From an uncultured Lachnospiraceae bacterium (GTDB lineage: Bacteria; Bacillota; Clostridia; Lachnospirales; Lachnospiraceae), in assembly GCA_947089585.1 (NCBI GenBank), contig CAMULB010000001.1, positions 440 to 64,439 on the forward strand: 64,000 nucleotides of DNA, given 5' to 3'. The notes under the pieces were generated by a model. That model was not told where the DNA came from, did not search any database, and saw only the letters and a program-made list of their open reading frames with translations. Below, in pieces: positions 28,292-38,940 of this stretch. A program made the translations under genes and the position numbers. The first letter of the stretch is position 1. Every line of letters starts with the position of its first letter.

Positions 28292-29902
28292 TTATTTTAC
28301 TTTGATCTTCTTCTTGTAGATAACAAGATATACGCCTACCAACAGTACTCCGCCGCAAAGAAAATATTTTGCGTCTATTCCGTCTCCGGTCTTAGGCGTT
28401 AAATCCTTCACACGTCCATTACTTCCGGTCGTTGATACGGAATTCGTGCTCTTTGTAGCAGAGGAACCGCCGTTCCCAGTTGTTGTATTTCCGCCATTGG
28501 GATTGGACGGATTCGTCGGATTCTCACCCCCAGGATTGCTCGCACCTGGATTCTCGCCCCCAGGATTGTTGCTTCCGGAATTATCACCGCTCGGATTGTC
28601 ATTACCTGGATCCTCGTTTCCAGGGTTGTTATCATCGTCTCCGGGAGTCGGATCGACCGGGCCAACTGGGTTCTGGGCTGTGCCAATGCTTTCAAATATG
28701 TATTGATTCTCGTCCGCAAATAACTGTGCCTGAGAACCTGTATAACCATAGATTACATCCGGCGTCCATCCAGACTGGGAACCAATTGAGGACACGCTCT
28801 CCGGAATTGTAATGGTGCTGATTCCGCTGCCGGAAAATGCGCCGGACTCAATGGTTGTAACGCTGCTTGGAACCGTCAAATCACCAATCACTCCGTTACT
28901 GCTGAACGCCCCTGCGCCAATTGTCTTGGTACTGCTGGCAAGCGTAATCGAGCTCTTTCCGGGAGGACAATAAATTAAGGTACTTAAGGATGCGTCATAA
29001 ATACATCCGTCTGAACTGCCATAATTGCCGCTGCCACTGGCAATTGAAACAGAGGACAGACCTACACAGCCGGAAAATGCCCCTAAATCAATCGAGGACA
29101 CGCTTGCAGGAATCGAAATACTTCCCAGAGAGGCACAATTGCCAAACGCGTTGCTGGCGATGCTGCCGACTCCAGAAGGAAGGTCAATGCTGCCTAAGCT
29201 GACACAGCCATAAAATGCAGAGCTTGGTACGCTGGAAATACTGGCGTTGAATTCCACAGATCCAAGACCGCTGCAATCCGCAAACGCTCCTTCACCCATG
29301 CTGGTTACGCTGGAGGGAATTGAGATGCTTCCAAAGCTGGCGCAGCCGTTAAATGCACTGGCGCCAATACTGCTGCAGCTGGAGGGAATTGAAACACCGC
29401 CCAGGCTGGAGCAGCCGCTGAACGCTGCATCTCCAATTGAAGAAACACTGGAAGGAATGGCTACATCTACCAGATTGGAACATCCATTGAAGAGCTGTGA
29501 GGGAATTGCGCCCAAATTCCCCGGCAGAGCAACCGAAACCAGGCTGCTGCAGCCGCTGAATGCGCCGGAACCGATGTTGCCTGCGGAAGCGATGGATGCG
29601 CTGGTCATACTGGTACAGCCACTGAACGCACTGCTGCCGATGCTCTGCACCGAAGCCGGAACCGTCACATTCGTAATACTTGTATTGCCTGCAAATGCAC
29701 TGTCCGCAATTGCAGTTACAGATTCGGGAATCGTCACATCCCCGCCCGGTCCATTATAACCGGTCAACACACCGTCTGTAATCACGAATTCCTCTGGCGG
29801 CGGCGCTTCTGTCGCGTCCGCCCGGAATCCGGGGGTCAATGCCGCACATACAAAGACTGCGGCAAACAGCATCTGCATACGTCTCTTCACACTAACTCTC
29901 AT
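28292..29902 (-). CDS. Secreted leucine-rich-repeat (BspA/LRR_5-type) protein with C-terminal cell-wall sorting signal
   Basis: Signal peptide, then about 20-24-aa repeats (IP.SV.SIG..AF.GC.SL..V). A Pro/Gly/Asn-rich linker follows, then TPKTG, a hydrophobic helix and a KKKIKVK tail. Confidence 0.8.
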   Translation of the reverse strand: MRVSVKRRMQMLFAAVFVCAALTPGFRADATEAPPPEEFVITDGVLTGYNGPGGDVTIPESVTAIADSAFAGNTSITNVTVPASVQSIGSSAFSGCTSMTSASIASAGNIGSGAFSGCSSLVSVALPGNLGAIPSQLFNGCSNLVDVAIPSSVSSIGDAAFSGCSSLGGVSIPSSCSSIGASAFNGCASFGSISIPSSVTSMGEGAFADCSGLGSVEFNASISSVPSSAFYGCVSLGSIDLPSGVGSIASNAFGNCASLGSISIPASVSSIDLGAFSGCVGLSSVSIASGSGNYGSSDGCIYDASLSTLIYCPPGKSSITLASSTKTIGAGAFSSNGVIGDLTVPSSVTTIESGAFSGSGISTITIPESVSSIGSQSGWTPDVIYGYTGSQAQLFADENQYIFESIGTAQNPVGPVDPTPGDDDNNPGNEDPGNDNPSGDNSGSNNPGGENPGASNPGGENPTNPSNPNGGNTTTGNGGSSATKSTNSVSTTGSNGRVKDLTPKTGDGIDAKYFLCGGVLLVGVYLVIYKKKIKVK

Positions 29903-29916
29903 TAGATCTTCCCTCC

Positions 29917-31077
29917 CTATGGTTCGTCGGCTCCGTCTACCCGCTTTGCAACCAGGAACAGACGGCCATCCTCAATATAATAATTACAGGTCGAAAGAGT
30001 AATCAGTTTATCGCCATAATTCAAATCCACTTCGTCCTGATATACCTTCAGTTCCTCAATATTACGCTTATATTCTGCAAAAGCCGCTTCATCCTCCGCA
30101 TTGAGGAAATTATAATAACGGAACACGTCTTCGTCCTGATACTCAACCTTCGCCAAGCATACTGCTATAATATCATATTCTTCCCGATCATACAATGTAT
30201 GAAATTGAATTCTTTTATGATTTTTCCAATATGTTTCGTCTAAATACTCCTGCAGGCCGCCAAACATCATGCCGCTGCGCATGTTATGACCATATATCAT
30301 AAGGTTATCGTCCCGATTTACATAATTATTACGCATATCGAGGAAAATACAACCATTTTTGTCCTCTTCTTTATTAAAATTATGCTGCAAATAAAATTCG
30401 TTGGAATCCACGGACTGCATGACCGGATAATCAATCTCTGTCCCCGGAATCTTAATCCATCCCACCAGATCCGGGTTCTGCGTATGCAATCCGACATATT
30501 CCGGCAATATCTCACGCGGTTCTTCCACTGCCTCAGGCTCCTCACTCTGCCCTGGCTGTGCATTTCCTTCTGGAACGGCTGTGGAATCACTCGCCTCCTG
30601 TTCTTCTGACACCTCTTCTAAGCTTCGCTTGACATAATCGGAAATATAACGTGTCGCTCTTGATGTCTCCTTACTCTGCTGCAGCTCCTTCATCTCTCTT
30701 GTCTTGCGGTAACTCATATATTCGTTGCCAAAAAAATAGCCAAAACAAAGGATTGCCGCAATAATACACAGAATCCCGGCAATCTTGCGGGGAGCTCCTC
30801 CCCGCTCGACTGCCAGGTTCTCAAAACCTTCATCTGCCAATTCCTTGTAGTCATCCGCCAGTAAATCAGAAAGATACAACAGATAATCTTCTCCAATGAC
30901 ACTTTGAAATTTGATATCCTTCTGTCTGATCAGGGTGTAGAGCCGAAGCGCTACCCCCTGTTCATTGATGTCCACTTCATCTGATATGCATTTGATCTTT
31001 CGTACATCTGCCAAACCCTTCTTGTACTCCGAATAGGAGTCAAATTGAAAACGTCCGATCCGATATATTTTCTTCAT
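29917..31077 (-). CDS. srtB: Class B sortase with extended N-terminal cytoplasmic region
   Basis: C-terminal domain has IYGHNMRSGMMFGGL and LITLSTC (catalytic Cys). A TM helix (IAGILCIIAAILCFGYFF) lies near residue 100. Confidence 0.8.
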   Translation of the reverse strand: MKKIYRIGRFQFDSYSEYKKGLADVRKIKCISDEVDINEQGVALRLYTLIRQKDIKFQSVIGEDYLLYLSDLLADDYKELADEGFENLAVERGGAPRKIAGILCIIAAILCFGYFFGNEYMSYRKTREMKELQQSKETSRATRYISDYVKRSLEEVSEEQEASDSTAVPEGNAQPGQSEEPEAVEEPREILPEYVGLHTQNPDLVGWIKIPGTEIDYPVMQSVDSNEFYLQHNFNKEEDKNGCIFLDMRNNYVNRDDNLMIYGHNMRSGMMFGGLQEYLDETYWKNHKRIQFHTLYDREEYDIIAVCLAKVEYQDEDVFRYYNFLNAEDEAAFAEYKRNIEELKVYQDEVDLNYGDKLITLSTCNYYIEDGRLFLVAKRVDGADEP

Positions 31078-31087
31078 AGTTTCATCA

Positions 31088-34000
31088 CTATTTTATTTTA
31101 ACATATTTTGTAGTGGAATAGCTACTGTAAATTTTTGTACCATTCACAGTCCGATATGCTCGAACCTTGTAATAGTAGCGTTTCTTACTGGTCAGCTTCG
31201 TGTTGGTATAGCTTGTTTTCGTGATAGTCTTGATCTTCTTAAAACCACTCTTGGATTTCGTGCTGCGGTAAATCTCATACCCGCTGGCCCCGGAAATCTT
31301 CTTCCAGCTGATCGTCGCCTGCTTGGATTTCTTAGATTTTAAGGTGATCTTTGGCGTTGACGGCTTGGTACTGGTCTTTACCGTCTTGGTAAAGTTACTA
31401 TAACATTTACGCTTATTCGTTTCATTATAATATCTTACCTTGAAACTGTAGGTCTTTCCTGCCTTGAGGCCGCTGACCGTATAGCTGGTCTTTGTGCCGC
31501 CCTTCACCGTCTTAATCAGCTTATTCTTATTGTCAAAAATCTGATAGCCGCTTGCCAGATCCTGTTTTTTCCAGGAAATCTTAATCTTTGTCGTGCTGGA
31601 CGGCGTCGCCTTCGCGGTTCCTGAAATTGACGGCATCTTAATTGTAAAGTTCACAACCTTGGCGCCCGTCATATTTCCTTTTCCGGTAATCATTACAATT
31701 GCTTTGCCGGGGAACTTGTTATTGCTGTATTTTAAGGAATAATCGGTTCCTTCTTTTAACGTTATACCACCATATTTTACAGTCAGCGCAGGCTTCTGTG
31801 CCTTGGTGTTAAAATTCACCGTTGAAATCTTGGATACGGTCGCCTGTGCCACACTTCGCTTCACAATGTTGAATTGGAAGGTTTTTGAGCCTTTGTAATA
31901 ACCGATTCCTTCAATCTGAATGGATGCCGTTCCGGCATTGACATTGTTGCTGACCGTAACCTTGTAATCCTTCTCCGGCATCAAGGTCTTGCCATAAGCT
32001 GTCACCTTGCCAAGCGGCGGTACAACGGGTGTACCGGTATACAGATACGCATTCACAAGTCCGACTACCTGCAGCCCCGCGCTCACATCCCGGCAAATAT
32101 CAAAGTTTACTACCTTGCTGCCGCCGAATTCAGTTCCGGTTCCGGTAATCGTAATGGATGCCTTACCGGCTTCTACGTTATTGGCGTAAGTCAAGGTGTA
32201 GTCCTTGCCGGCTTCTAAGGTTCTGCCGCCATGACGGACAACCGGTGATGGTGTAATCGCTTTTCCGGTGTAATTTTGAGTTGGAATTGCAGCAACCTCT
32301 GCCTGTGCAAGACTGCCGATAATTGTAAACGTCTTCTGCAGCTCACCTGCATAATTGCCAATACCGGTGATGGTTACTTTCGCTGTATTAATCCCGACTT
32401 CCTGATTGCCTGTGTAGGTCAGGCGATAGTCTTTATTCTGTACAAGCTTAACGCTGGCACGTTGGTTCGGCGCCTGATAAGTTATTTCCAAAGCAGGTGT
32501 GATCGGCTTCCCGGAATATACTTGATTCGGAATGTTGCTTACACTGATCGCACTGTTGGTCAGAGGAAGACTGGCAATCGTAAAATCTACCGATTTTGTA
32601 CCACTGTAGTTTCCTAATAATTTTAAAATGACGGATGCCTTGCCGGCGTTGGTATGATCTGCAGAATAAGACAATTCATAAGTAGTCGGCGGAAGCATCT
32701 GACCCTTCCAGGTTACTTTTACATTTTGAATCTGCTCCAACGTATTGTATACCCGATCTTCGACACCTTCAATCATTACATCATTGATATCAATGTCCAA
32801 TGGCTGAATCCAAAACGCCGCTTTTACGGTCCCGGCATAATTATTGATACCAATCACTTCGATCGTAGCTTCTCCTACATTCGTATTATTCTCGCAGTTT
32901 CCGAGTATATAATCGGTATCCATCTCCAATGTTACTTCTTCATCACCAATTAGTCTGGTGACGATTACATCCTCTGCCTGTGGACGGATCGAATCTCCGG
33001 TATAAATCTGTGGCGGAATATATACGTTGAACTCATCTGGAAATGCTGTCATATCCCGCCCTACAATCATAAACGGAGCGGTTCTTGTGTCGCTGTAATT
33101 ATTGATTCCCTTGATGATTACCGTCGCGTCATTGCTGCCTACCGTCTTGAGATCGCCAGAGTATTCCAGCTTGTAGTCTTCTCCTTCTACCAAAGGCTGA
33201 GGCCGCCCCTCCTGACGCACGATCACTGTTGGATTGATATCGCTGCCGGTATAATAATACTGATCAACAGTTTGCGGCACCGTTCCCTCCATCTCAATGG
33301 TAAAGGTACTTGCGTCTTCGAGAGAAACTCCCTTAATCGTGAAATAAAATCTCATGCTGCCGACATAATTGCCGCTGCCCGGAATATCCGGGTTATAGGG
33401 TGCTCCTTTAATCTCAATATAGGGTGCATTTGTCCCGTTTTCTTCAAAATTACCGCCATTGATATTCTGTCCATAGCGAACAAATTGGAATTCGTTGGTG
33501 CCATTTTTTACAGCTTTTCCATTGTAGCAGAGCATGAGCTGTGCTACATCTGGTTCAACCGGACTACCCGTGTAATCATAATAATCTGCCAAACCTGACA
33601 ATGACATACCAACCTGATTCTCTGCGATACTTAAATCGCGCGGCACAATACTAAACTGCTTTGACTTTTCACCTTCAAAGCCACCATCTTCAATTCCCTG
33701 AATTTTCACAGCTGGACGATTCTTTGTATTTGCCCTTGTTACCTCTGTATTATTGCTATAGCCTGCGATATTGTAATCTTCTCCCAGGATCAATTCCTGG
33801 CCAAAATACGTTACCTTAATCTCCGGCTCTACACCGTCCTGATTATATGGCTGTGCGGGAATATCTGCAATCACAGCATCCTCCAGCTTTCCCCGGATTC
33901 TGAATTTGATCGACTTTGTATCCTTATAATTGCCCTTTCCATCAAGAATAAAGGTTGCCGTTCCTGGTTTTCTGTTGTTCTCATACGTAATCTTATAATC

Positions 34001-37000
34001 TTGTCTGACACTTCCTCCGGGATAAAGCTGTTTGTCACCGTAAAAGATGCCAAAGGAATCCAACTCATTTTCCAGACGAATCTCTCTGCCCTGATGTTTT
34101 GCCTCATAGTACATGCTGAATTTATTATCTTCCAACTCATCCCATTTTTCTACTCCGTTCGTATCCACCGTTCGATAACGGATATGCAAATCCCCTGCAT
34201 TAATCGACTGTGGATTGATGATAAAGGGAACCTTCCTTGTACCAGAGTAGTTTCCATCTTCCCGCGCCTGAATGTAGAAATGCGGCCTGTGATCCTCGTC
34301 TGCGTCTGCTTCCGGCACATTTATATTGGCAATGAGTTCCACTCTATAATCACCGGTCAAGACCACTTCCGGGGGCGTCTCCTCTCCTTCGCCTGTGTCA
34401 CCACCCTCAGGTGTATCTCCGCCTGCTGGAGGCGTCGTTTGCGTCTCTTCTACTTCTTTGAGCTCCTTTTCACCAAACATCAAACGGAATCCCTTCGTAT
34501 CTCCTGTCGGAATAATCTTTCTCGGATCAATCGGATCACCCGTATAGGTATATCCATCTTCCTCAATTCCTTTTATTTTCACTTCCTCATCATCAATCGG
34601 TCTCTGCAAAATAGCAAAGGTCTCTTCGATCGTATCTCCGCCTGTCTTACCGCCAAAGAACAGATTCTGCTTACCCTCTTCCAGCTCCGCATCATCAGCA
34701 GATATGGAAATATGAACTCTGTTATTCACATCGTCCTCTGCACCATGTGTTTTGGTCGCATTAATGTCATCGCCGCCAATCGCGTCTGCATTGTTTGTAA
34801 TCACATAATTCTCAAAAGGAATCGTCTGTGAAAAGTATTTTACAGTGATATCATCCGGGCCCAAAACCTGTTTCTTACCGTTGTATACCTTATTTGCATC
34901 TACGTCGATTTGAACATGCTCTGCATAGGAATTCAAGTCACCCCAAATATTGAAGTTTCTCTCAACTGTTCCGGTGAAGTTGCCTGTTCCTTTGATTACC
35001 AAGGTCGCTACGCCGACCTGGTCGTTGTTTTCGTAAATAATCTCGTAGTCACGGCCCTGTAGCATTTTATCCGTTCCCGCTTCTTCTTTATCTGTAGTAC
35101 TATCAAAATGAATCGTTTCGCCATTGATGGTAATTCCATCATATGTGAATGAAGGTTCTTCAATGGTAATATCACCCTGATCCGTCCAGATTCTTTTACC
35201 CTCTGGATCGTTCTTTTCCGGATACAACACTTCTTCTGGAACTGTAATAAACTGTGTTCCTTCTACATCAGAAATGTTCCGTGGCAGAATTGTAAACGAA
35301 ATTCTCCGCGTACCTGTAAAATTGTTGCCTGTCCCTTGAATTGTGATAAATGCTTCATTTTTTCCGGTTACATCTACATTATTTCTAGTCTCTTCCTCTT
35401 TCAGAATCTTGTAGTCACCTTGCTGCGTAGTTTCATCCCAAAGCTGCAACTCATGACCATTATAAGTGATCTTCATATTGGGATAAATTGGCTGAGCAGT
35501 ATAGACCTGATCTTTCTCATATTCTGGGATTATGTCTTCTTCCGCAATGTTTTTTGGAACAATCTGAAATTCTACTACATTCTTTTGCCCAGTTTCCGGC
35601 ATATAATAATATACATCTTCACCATCTTTTTCTAAAGTAGCTACATATGCTTTCGCTGTTCCTACGTTTATATTATTTTTATCCTCCTTATATTCTAGCC
35701 GAAAATCTGACCCCAGATGTAGTTCTTTAGTTACCTTTTTTTGATCTACCTCCGCCGTATAAATTGCTTCTAAATCACCATCAACTAATTCAATTTCATC
35801 GCCAGTATATACTTTAGGATTGGCAGTTACAGTCATATCCTGCAAGTTTCCCTTGATTATAAATTCCTGTGTAAATGCTCCTTTAAAATTACCTATTCCT
35901 TGTAATTGGATTACCCCTATCCCAGGCTCGGTATTGTTGACATAACCATCTTTTTCTTTTATAGTATAATTTACATTTTCCTCCATTTTATACTCTGAAC
36001 CATCTTCTCTCAGATATGTCAAAGAAAAAGCAGGTTTTACAGCAGTATTAAGCAGTGGGACAAATTCTTTTCCATTATGATCAGTCGAAGCATCTGTTAA
36101 TTTGATTTGAATATGATCCGAATTTATTTTCTGTGCCAGATCCATTTCCGTTATTTCAAAATACAAAACGGTATTATCTTTATAATTTTTATTACCAGTA
36201 ATTGTAACCTTTGCAAGATTTTCCTCTGTTTTACCAGTAGTCTTATCAACGTTCTGATACCAGTCCAAGTTGTAATTTACAACATCACCACTAGTTTCAT
36301 TCTGACTTTCTTTTGGAATTTTTACCCAACTGTTGTTTTGAAGGTGTTCTAATATAATAGCTGGTTGAATCTCCTGAGTTGTATATGTTGTTGTGTAATT
36401 CCCATCGGAATTTTTAGGCAAATCTAATCTTACTCGAATCTTAGCAGCAGTTGCAGTATCACTCACATCAATACTTTGAGGTTGAATCTCAAAAGTAGAT
36501 ATCACCTTTGTCTTATCATAATTTCCAAGACCTGTAATTTTAACAGTAACAGTATTTGACGCCGATATACGCTCTCCATCATACTCAATCTTATAATCTT
36601 TATTATTAACTAATGTTATCTTCTCTCCATTTTGCTTTTCATAACTAATTACCATGGCTTCTTGCCCAATAGGTAATCCAGTATAAGTTGGGCTGCTATC
36701 GAAATTAGTAAATGTAAAATTAATATTGTCGATATCCAGAGGTTTTATTACGAACTCTTTAGGAACTGTACCTGAATAATTACCTATACCCGTTATTGTT
36801 ACCTTACCGGTTCCCGCTTTATTATTATTCGAATAACTTAAAGTATAATCTCTACCCTCCTGTAAAACCGTATTCTTATCCTTGTCTTTTACTACTACTG
36901 TTGTTTTTATCCCCCCTTTGCTATCAAGTCCGGCTTCAAAAGTAGTTTCCTCTACGTCAATGTTTTCCTCCAACAATTCTTGTCTATTTACATTAAAAGG

Positions 37001-38434
37001 TACTTGCTTTGAGTTTTTGAAATTTCCGTTCGAAGAAGGCGTGATCATAAGATTTTTGCTACCTGCTCCATTTTTATCATCTTCTACTATCGCCAATTCA
37101 TAGTCATCTTGTGAAATTGGTTCTTGATTTAACATGACTTTTATCTGATTTTTCAACTCAGGATTATCTAATAAATTTGAACCATCATATTCAACAGTTG
37201 GCAAAATGACATTAACTTTTCCCAGATCTTCTGGCACAATTCTATATTTTTTTGTTATGCTTCCTTCATAATAACTGTTTGGTAAACTATCATCATTAAA
37301 CTTAATTACAAATTCTACATCACCATTCTTACTAACATTTTTACGATCCCCTACATACTCAGATATAAAATCCGTACCTCCTCGAAGAGTATAATCCCCA
37401 TCTACAATTGTTATATACTGTATAATATCTACACCAGTATAAGTTATCTCCTCTTTAAAACCAGAAATTTTTAGTTGTTCTTCATCCGTTATCTCTTTTT
37501 TAATAGAGTAAACAATATCTAACTCTCTTCCTTTATATTCACCTTTTCCTTCCACTTTATAGCTCATTTGACCCGGTCTGGTTGGGATACCAGAAGAAGA
37601 CATTGATCTGATTGTAAAATGATCCTTTTCGTTTAATTCCTCTCCTGTATAAGAATCAATAATAGACAAATCTCCTCTTTTTAGTAGGTCTTGTAAGGAG
37701 TGACTTTGGGCCGAATCATCCAACCAATATGTTAAACCTGGTTGTAGCCCCGCAACTTCCATTTCTCTTGCCAAAACATCAAAAGTAATAGTCATCGAAG
37801 AATTCGATATTGTACAATTTCCCGTACTCCCTGGCCTTACAATAATTTTTCCTTGCTTTTCTCCTACCGTTGTATAATTACCATATTCCCATGTATAATC
37901 ATATTCTTCACCCTCTGCTTCTTCACCTACTTTTACACTTTTTAAGAAATCCTTATTAGAATTGTCAGCTAACTCTAAATTTGGAAGATCATTGATATCG
38001 CCAACTGTCGCCTCTGTTTTGGATAATTTAAAATCTGTACTTTGCAATCTTATTGCTTTAATAGTTACAGTAACAGTTCTTTTCATCTTATTATTTGATT
38101 TTAACGTCATCACGTAACTATACGTACCTTGATTTTTAATTTTTCCCGATTCAATAACTGTAGTACCCTTTTTAACTTCTACATCTATTTGATCTTTAAC
38201 CGACTCTCCGTTCTCATTCTTAATATCATAATCATATTCTTTTCCATTATATTCAAACCCTTTAGCCGGATTCTCTATTTGTTCCCCGTTTGATACTAGA
38301 ATTAAGGAAACATTTGCCAAACTAGTCACTGGATCTGCCGCCCGCACCGACAACGCCGAGAAATCCGCGATTCCCAGCAGCATACATACGCTCATAAAAA
38401 CTGCCAATATCCTCTTCCCTACATCCTTATACAT
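31088..38434 (-). CDS. Giant secreted repeat protein (2448 aa): tandem Ig-like repeats plus two C-terminal FN3 domains
   Basis: Signal peptide (ILAVFMSVCMLLGIADFSALSVRAADP). Roughly 17 repeats end in a G-x-G-N-Y/F-x-G...F-x-I signature. Two FN3-like units (ISWKK..ASGY.I) lie at the C-terminus. There is no sorting motif or TM at the end. Confidence 0.8.
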   Translation of the reverse strand: MYKDVGKRILAVFMSVCMLLGIADFSALSVRAADPVTSLANVSLILVSNGEQIENPAKGFEYNGKEYDYDIKNENGESVKDQIDVEVKKGTTVIESGKIKNQGTYSYVMTLKSNNKMKRTVTVTIKAIRLQSTDFKLSKTEATVGDINDLPNLELADNSNKDFLKSVKVGEEAEGEEYDYTWEYGNYTTVGEKQGKIIVRPGSTGNCTISNSSMTITFDVLAREMEVAGLQPGLTYWLDDSAQSHSLQDLLKRGDLSIIDSYTGEELNEKDHFTIRSMSSSGIPTRPGQMSYKVEGKGEYKGRELDIVYSIKKEITDEEQLKISGFKEEITYTGVDIIQYITIVDGDYTLRGGTDFISEYVGDRKNVSKNGDVEFVIKFNDDSLPNSYYEGSITKKYRIVPEDLGKVNVILPTVEYDGSNLLDNPELKNQIKVMLNQEPISQDDYELAIVEDDKNGAGSKNLMITPSSNGNFKNSKQVPFNVNRQELLEENIDVEETTFEAGLDSKGGIKTTVVVKDKDKNTVLQEGRDYTLSYSNNNKAGTGKVTITGIGNYSGTVPKEFVIKPLDIDNINFTFTNFDSSPTYTGLPIGQEAMVISYEKQNGEKITLVNNKDYKIEYDGERISASNTVTVKITGLGNYDKTKVISTFEIQPQSIDVSDTATAAKIRVRLDLPKNSDGNYTTTYTTQEIQPAIILEHLQNNSWVKIPKESQNETSGDVVNYNLDWYQNVDKTTGKTEENLAKVTITGNKNYKDNTVLYFEITEMDLAQKINSDHIQIKLTDASTDHNGKEFVPLLNTAVKPAFSLTYLREDGSEYKMEENVNYTIKEKDGYVNNTEPGIGVIQLQGIGNFKGAFTQEFIIKGNLQDMTVTANPKVYTGDEIELVDGDLEAIYTAEVDQKKVTKELHLGSDFRLEYKEDKNNINVGTAKAYVATLEKDGEDVYYYMPETGQKNVVEFQIVPKNIAEEDIIPEYEKDQVYTAQPIYPNMKITYNGHELQLWDETTQQGDYKILKEEETRNNVDVTGKNEAFITIQGTGNNFTGTRRISFTILPRNISDVEGTQFITVPEEVLYPEKNDPEGKRIWTDQGDITIEEPSFTYDGITINGETIHFDSTTDKEEAGTDKMLQGRDYEIIYENNDQVGVATLVIKGTGNFTGTVERNFNIWGDLNSYAEHVQIDVDANKVYNGKKQVLGPDDITVKYFSQTIPFENYVITNNADAIGGDDINATKTHGAEDDVNNRVHISISADDAELEEGKQNLFFGGKTGGDTIEETFAILQRPIDDEEVKIKGIEEDGYTYTGDPIDPRKIIPTGDTKGFRLMFGEKELKEVEETQTTPPAGGDTPEGGDTGEGEETPPEVVLTGDYRVELIANINVPEADADEDHRPHFYIQAREDGNYSGTRKVPFIINPQSINAGDLHIRYRTVDTNGVEKWDELEDNKFSMYYEAKHQGREIRLENELDSFGIFYGDKQLYPGGSVRQDYKITYENNRKPGTATFILDGKGNYKDTKSIKFRIRGKLEDAVIADIPAQPYNQDGVEPEIKVTYFGQELILGEDYNIAGYSNNTEVTRANTKNRPAVKIQGIEDGGFEGEKSKQFSIVPRDLSIAENQVGMSLSGLADYYDYTGSPVEPDVAQLMLCYNGKAVKNGTNEFQFVRYGQNINGGNFEENGTNAPYIEIKGAPYNPDIPGSGNYVGSMRFYFTIKGVSLEDASTFTIEMEGTVPQTVDQYYYTGSDINPTVIVRQEGRPQPLVEGEDYKLEYSGDLKTVGSNDATVIIKGINNYSDTRTAPFMIVGRDMTAFPDEFNVYIPPQIYTGDSIRPQAEDVIVTRLIGDEEVTLEMDTDYILGNCENNTNVGEATIEVIGINNYAGTVKAAFWIQPLDIDINDVMIEGVEDRVYNTLEQIQNVKVTWKGQMLPPTTYELSYSADHTNAGKASVILKLLGNYSGTKSVDFTIASLPLTNSAISVSNIPNQVYSGKPITPALEITYQAPNQRASVKLVQNKDYRLTYTGNQEVGINTAKVTITGIGNYAGELQKTFTIIGSLAQAEVAAIPTQNYTGKAITPSPVVRHGGRTLEAGKDYTLTYANNVEAGKASITITGTGTEFGGSKVVNFDICRDVSAGLQVVGLVNAYLYTGTPVVPPLGKVTAYGKTLMPEKDYKVTVSNNVNAGTASIQIEGIGYYKGSKTFQFNIVKRSVAQATVSKISTVNFNTKAQKPALTVKYGGITLKEGTDYSLKYSNNKFPGKAIVMITGKGNMTGAKVVNFTIKMPSISGTAKATPSSTTKIKISWKKQDLASGYQIFDNKNKLIKTVKGGTKTSYTVSGLKAGKTYSFKVRYYNETNKRKCYSNFTKTVKTSTKPSTPKITLKSKKSKQATISWKKISGASGYEIYRSTKSKSGFKKIKTITKTSYTNTKLTSKKRYYYKVRAYRTVNGTKIYSSYSTTKYVKIK

Positions 38435-38643
38435 AGCAACAACCTCCTGTCGAACTCAACTATGCTATACCCTTTGCAAAAGTCAGCAAAAGTGCACACC
38501 CGTTCCATTTCTCATTCCCCGCCGAAGTGTACACATACTCTGATCTATATATCGGTTTTTTCGAGCGAAATATTAAGCCGTTTATTGCTAATATTTTTAT
38601 ATTTCTTCTATCACGAAATCATCTCCAATTGCAATATACCATG

Positions 38644-38770
38644 AAAAAGGTACAGGCCCTTGCACAGTTCGTGCTGTAACAAAGGGCCTTGAGACAATTG
38701 ATGCGTATAGAGTAATTATATCTTACCACAGTCATTTTGTCGAAAGCTGTCGAATTTCATGGTCTAAGAT
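38644..38770 (-). repeat. Two-hairpin repeat element, copy 1 (diverged)
   Basis: It shares the flanks aaaaaggtacagg and ccttgagacaatt with copies 2-4. The hairpin sequence differs but the pairing is kept (aggccctt/aagggcct). Confidence 0.7.
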
Positions 38771-38815
38771 ACTTTATAATCTCCATTCCGTCCTATGACA
38801 TTGAGATCTTCTCAT

Positions 38816-38940
38816 AAAAAGGTACAGGCCCCCGTGCAGTTTACGATACTGCACAGGAGCCTTGAGACAATTAGTACGTTTGGAGTGATTTCATCATACC
38901 ACCATTCGATTGTCGAATGCTGTTGAATCATGTCTCTTAT
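38816..38940 (-). repeat. Two-hairpin repeat element, copy 2 (about 125 nt; candidate sRNA or miniature mobile element)
   Basis: Minus-strand reading: agagacatgattcaacag, then hairpin cattcgacaatcgaatg, a single-stranded stretch, ttgtctcaagg, a 13-bp hairpin, and gtaccttttt. Confidence 0.75.

Noticed and set aside
28408-29759. Multiple ORFs on both strands inside the LRR gene (for example 29247-29759 on the + strand at 170 aa).
   Set aside because: They are repeat-driven shadow ORFs within the periodic LRR and low-complexity coding sequence. The minus-strand 536-aa frame has a signal peptide, LRR periodicity and a sorting signal.
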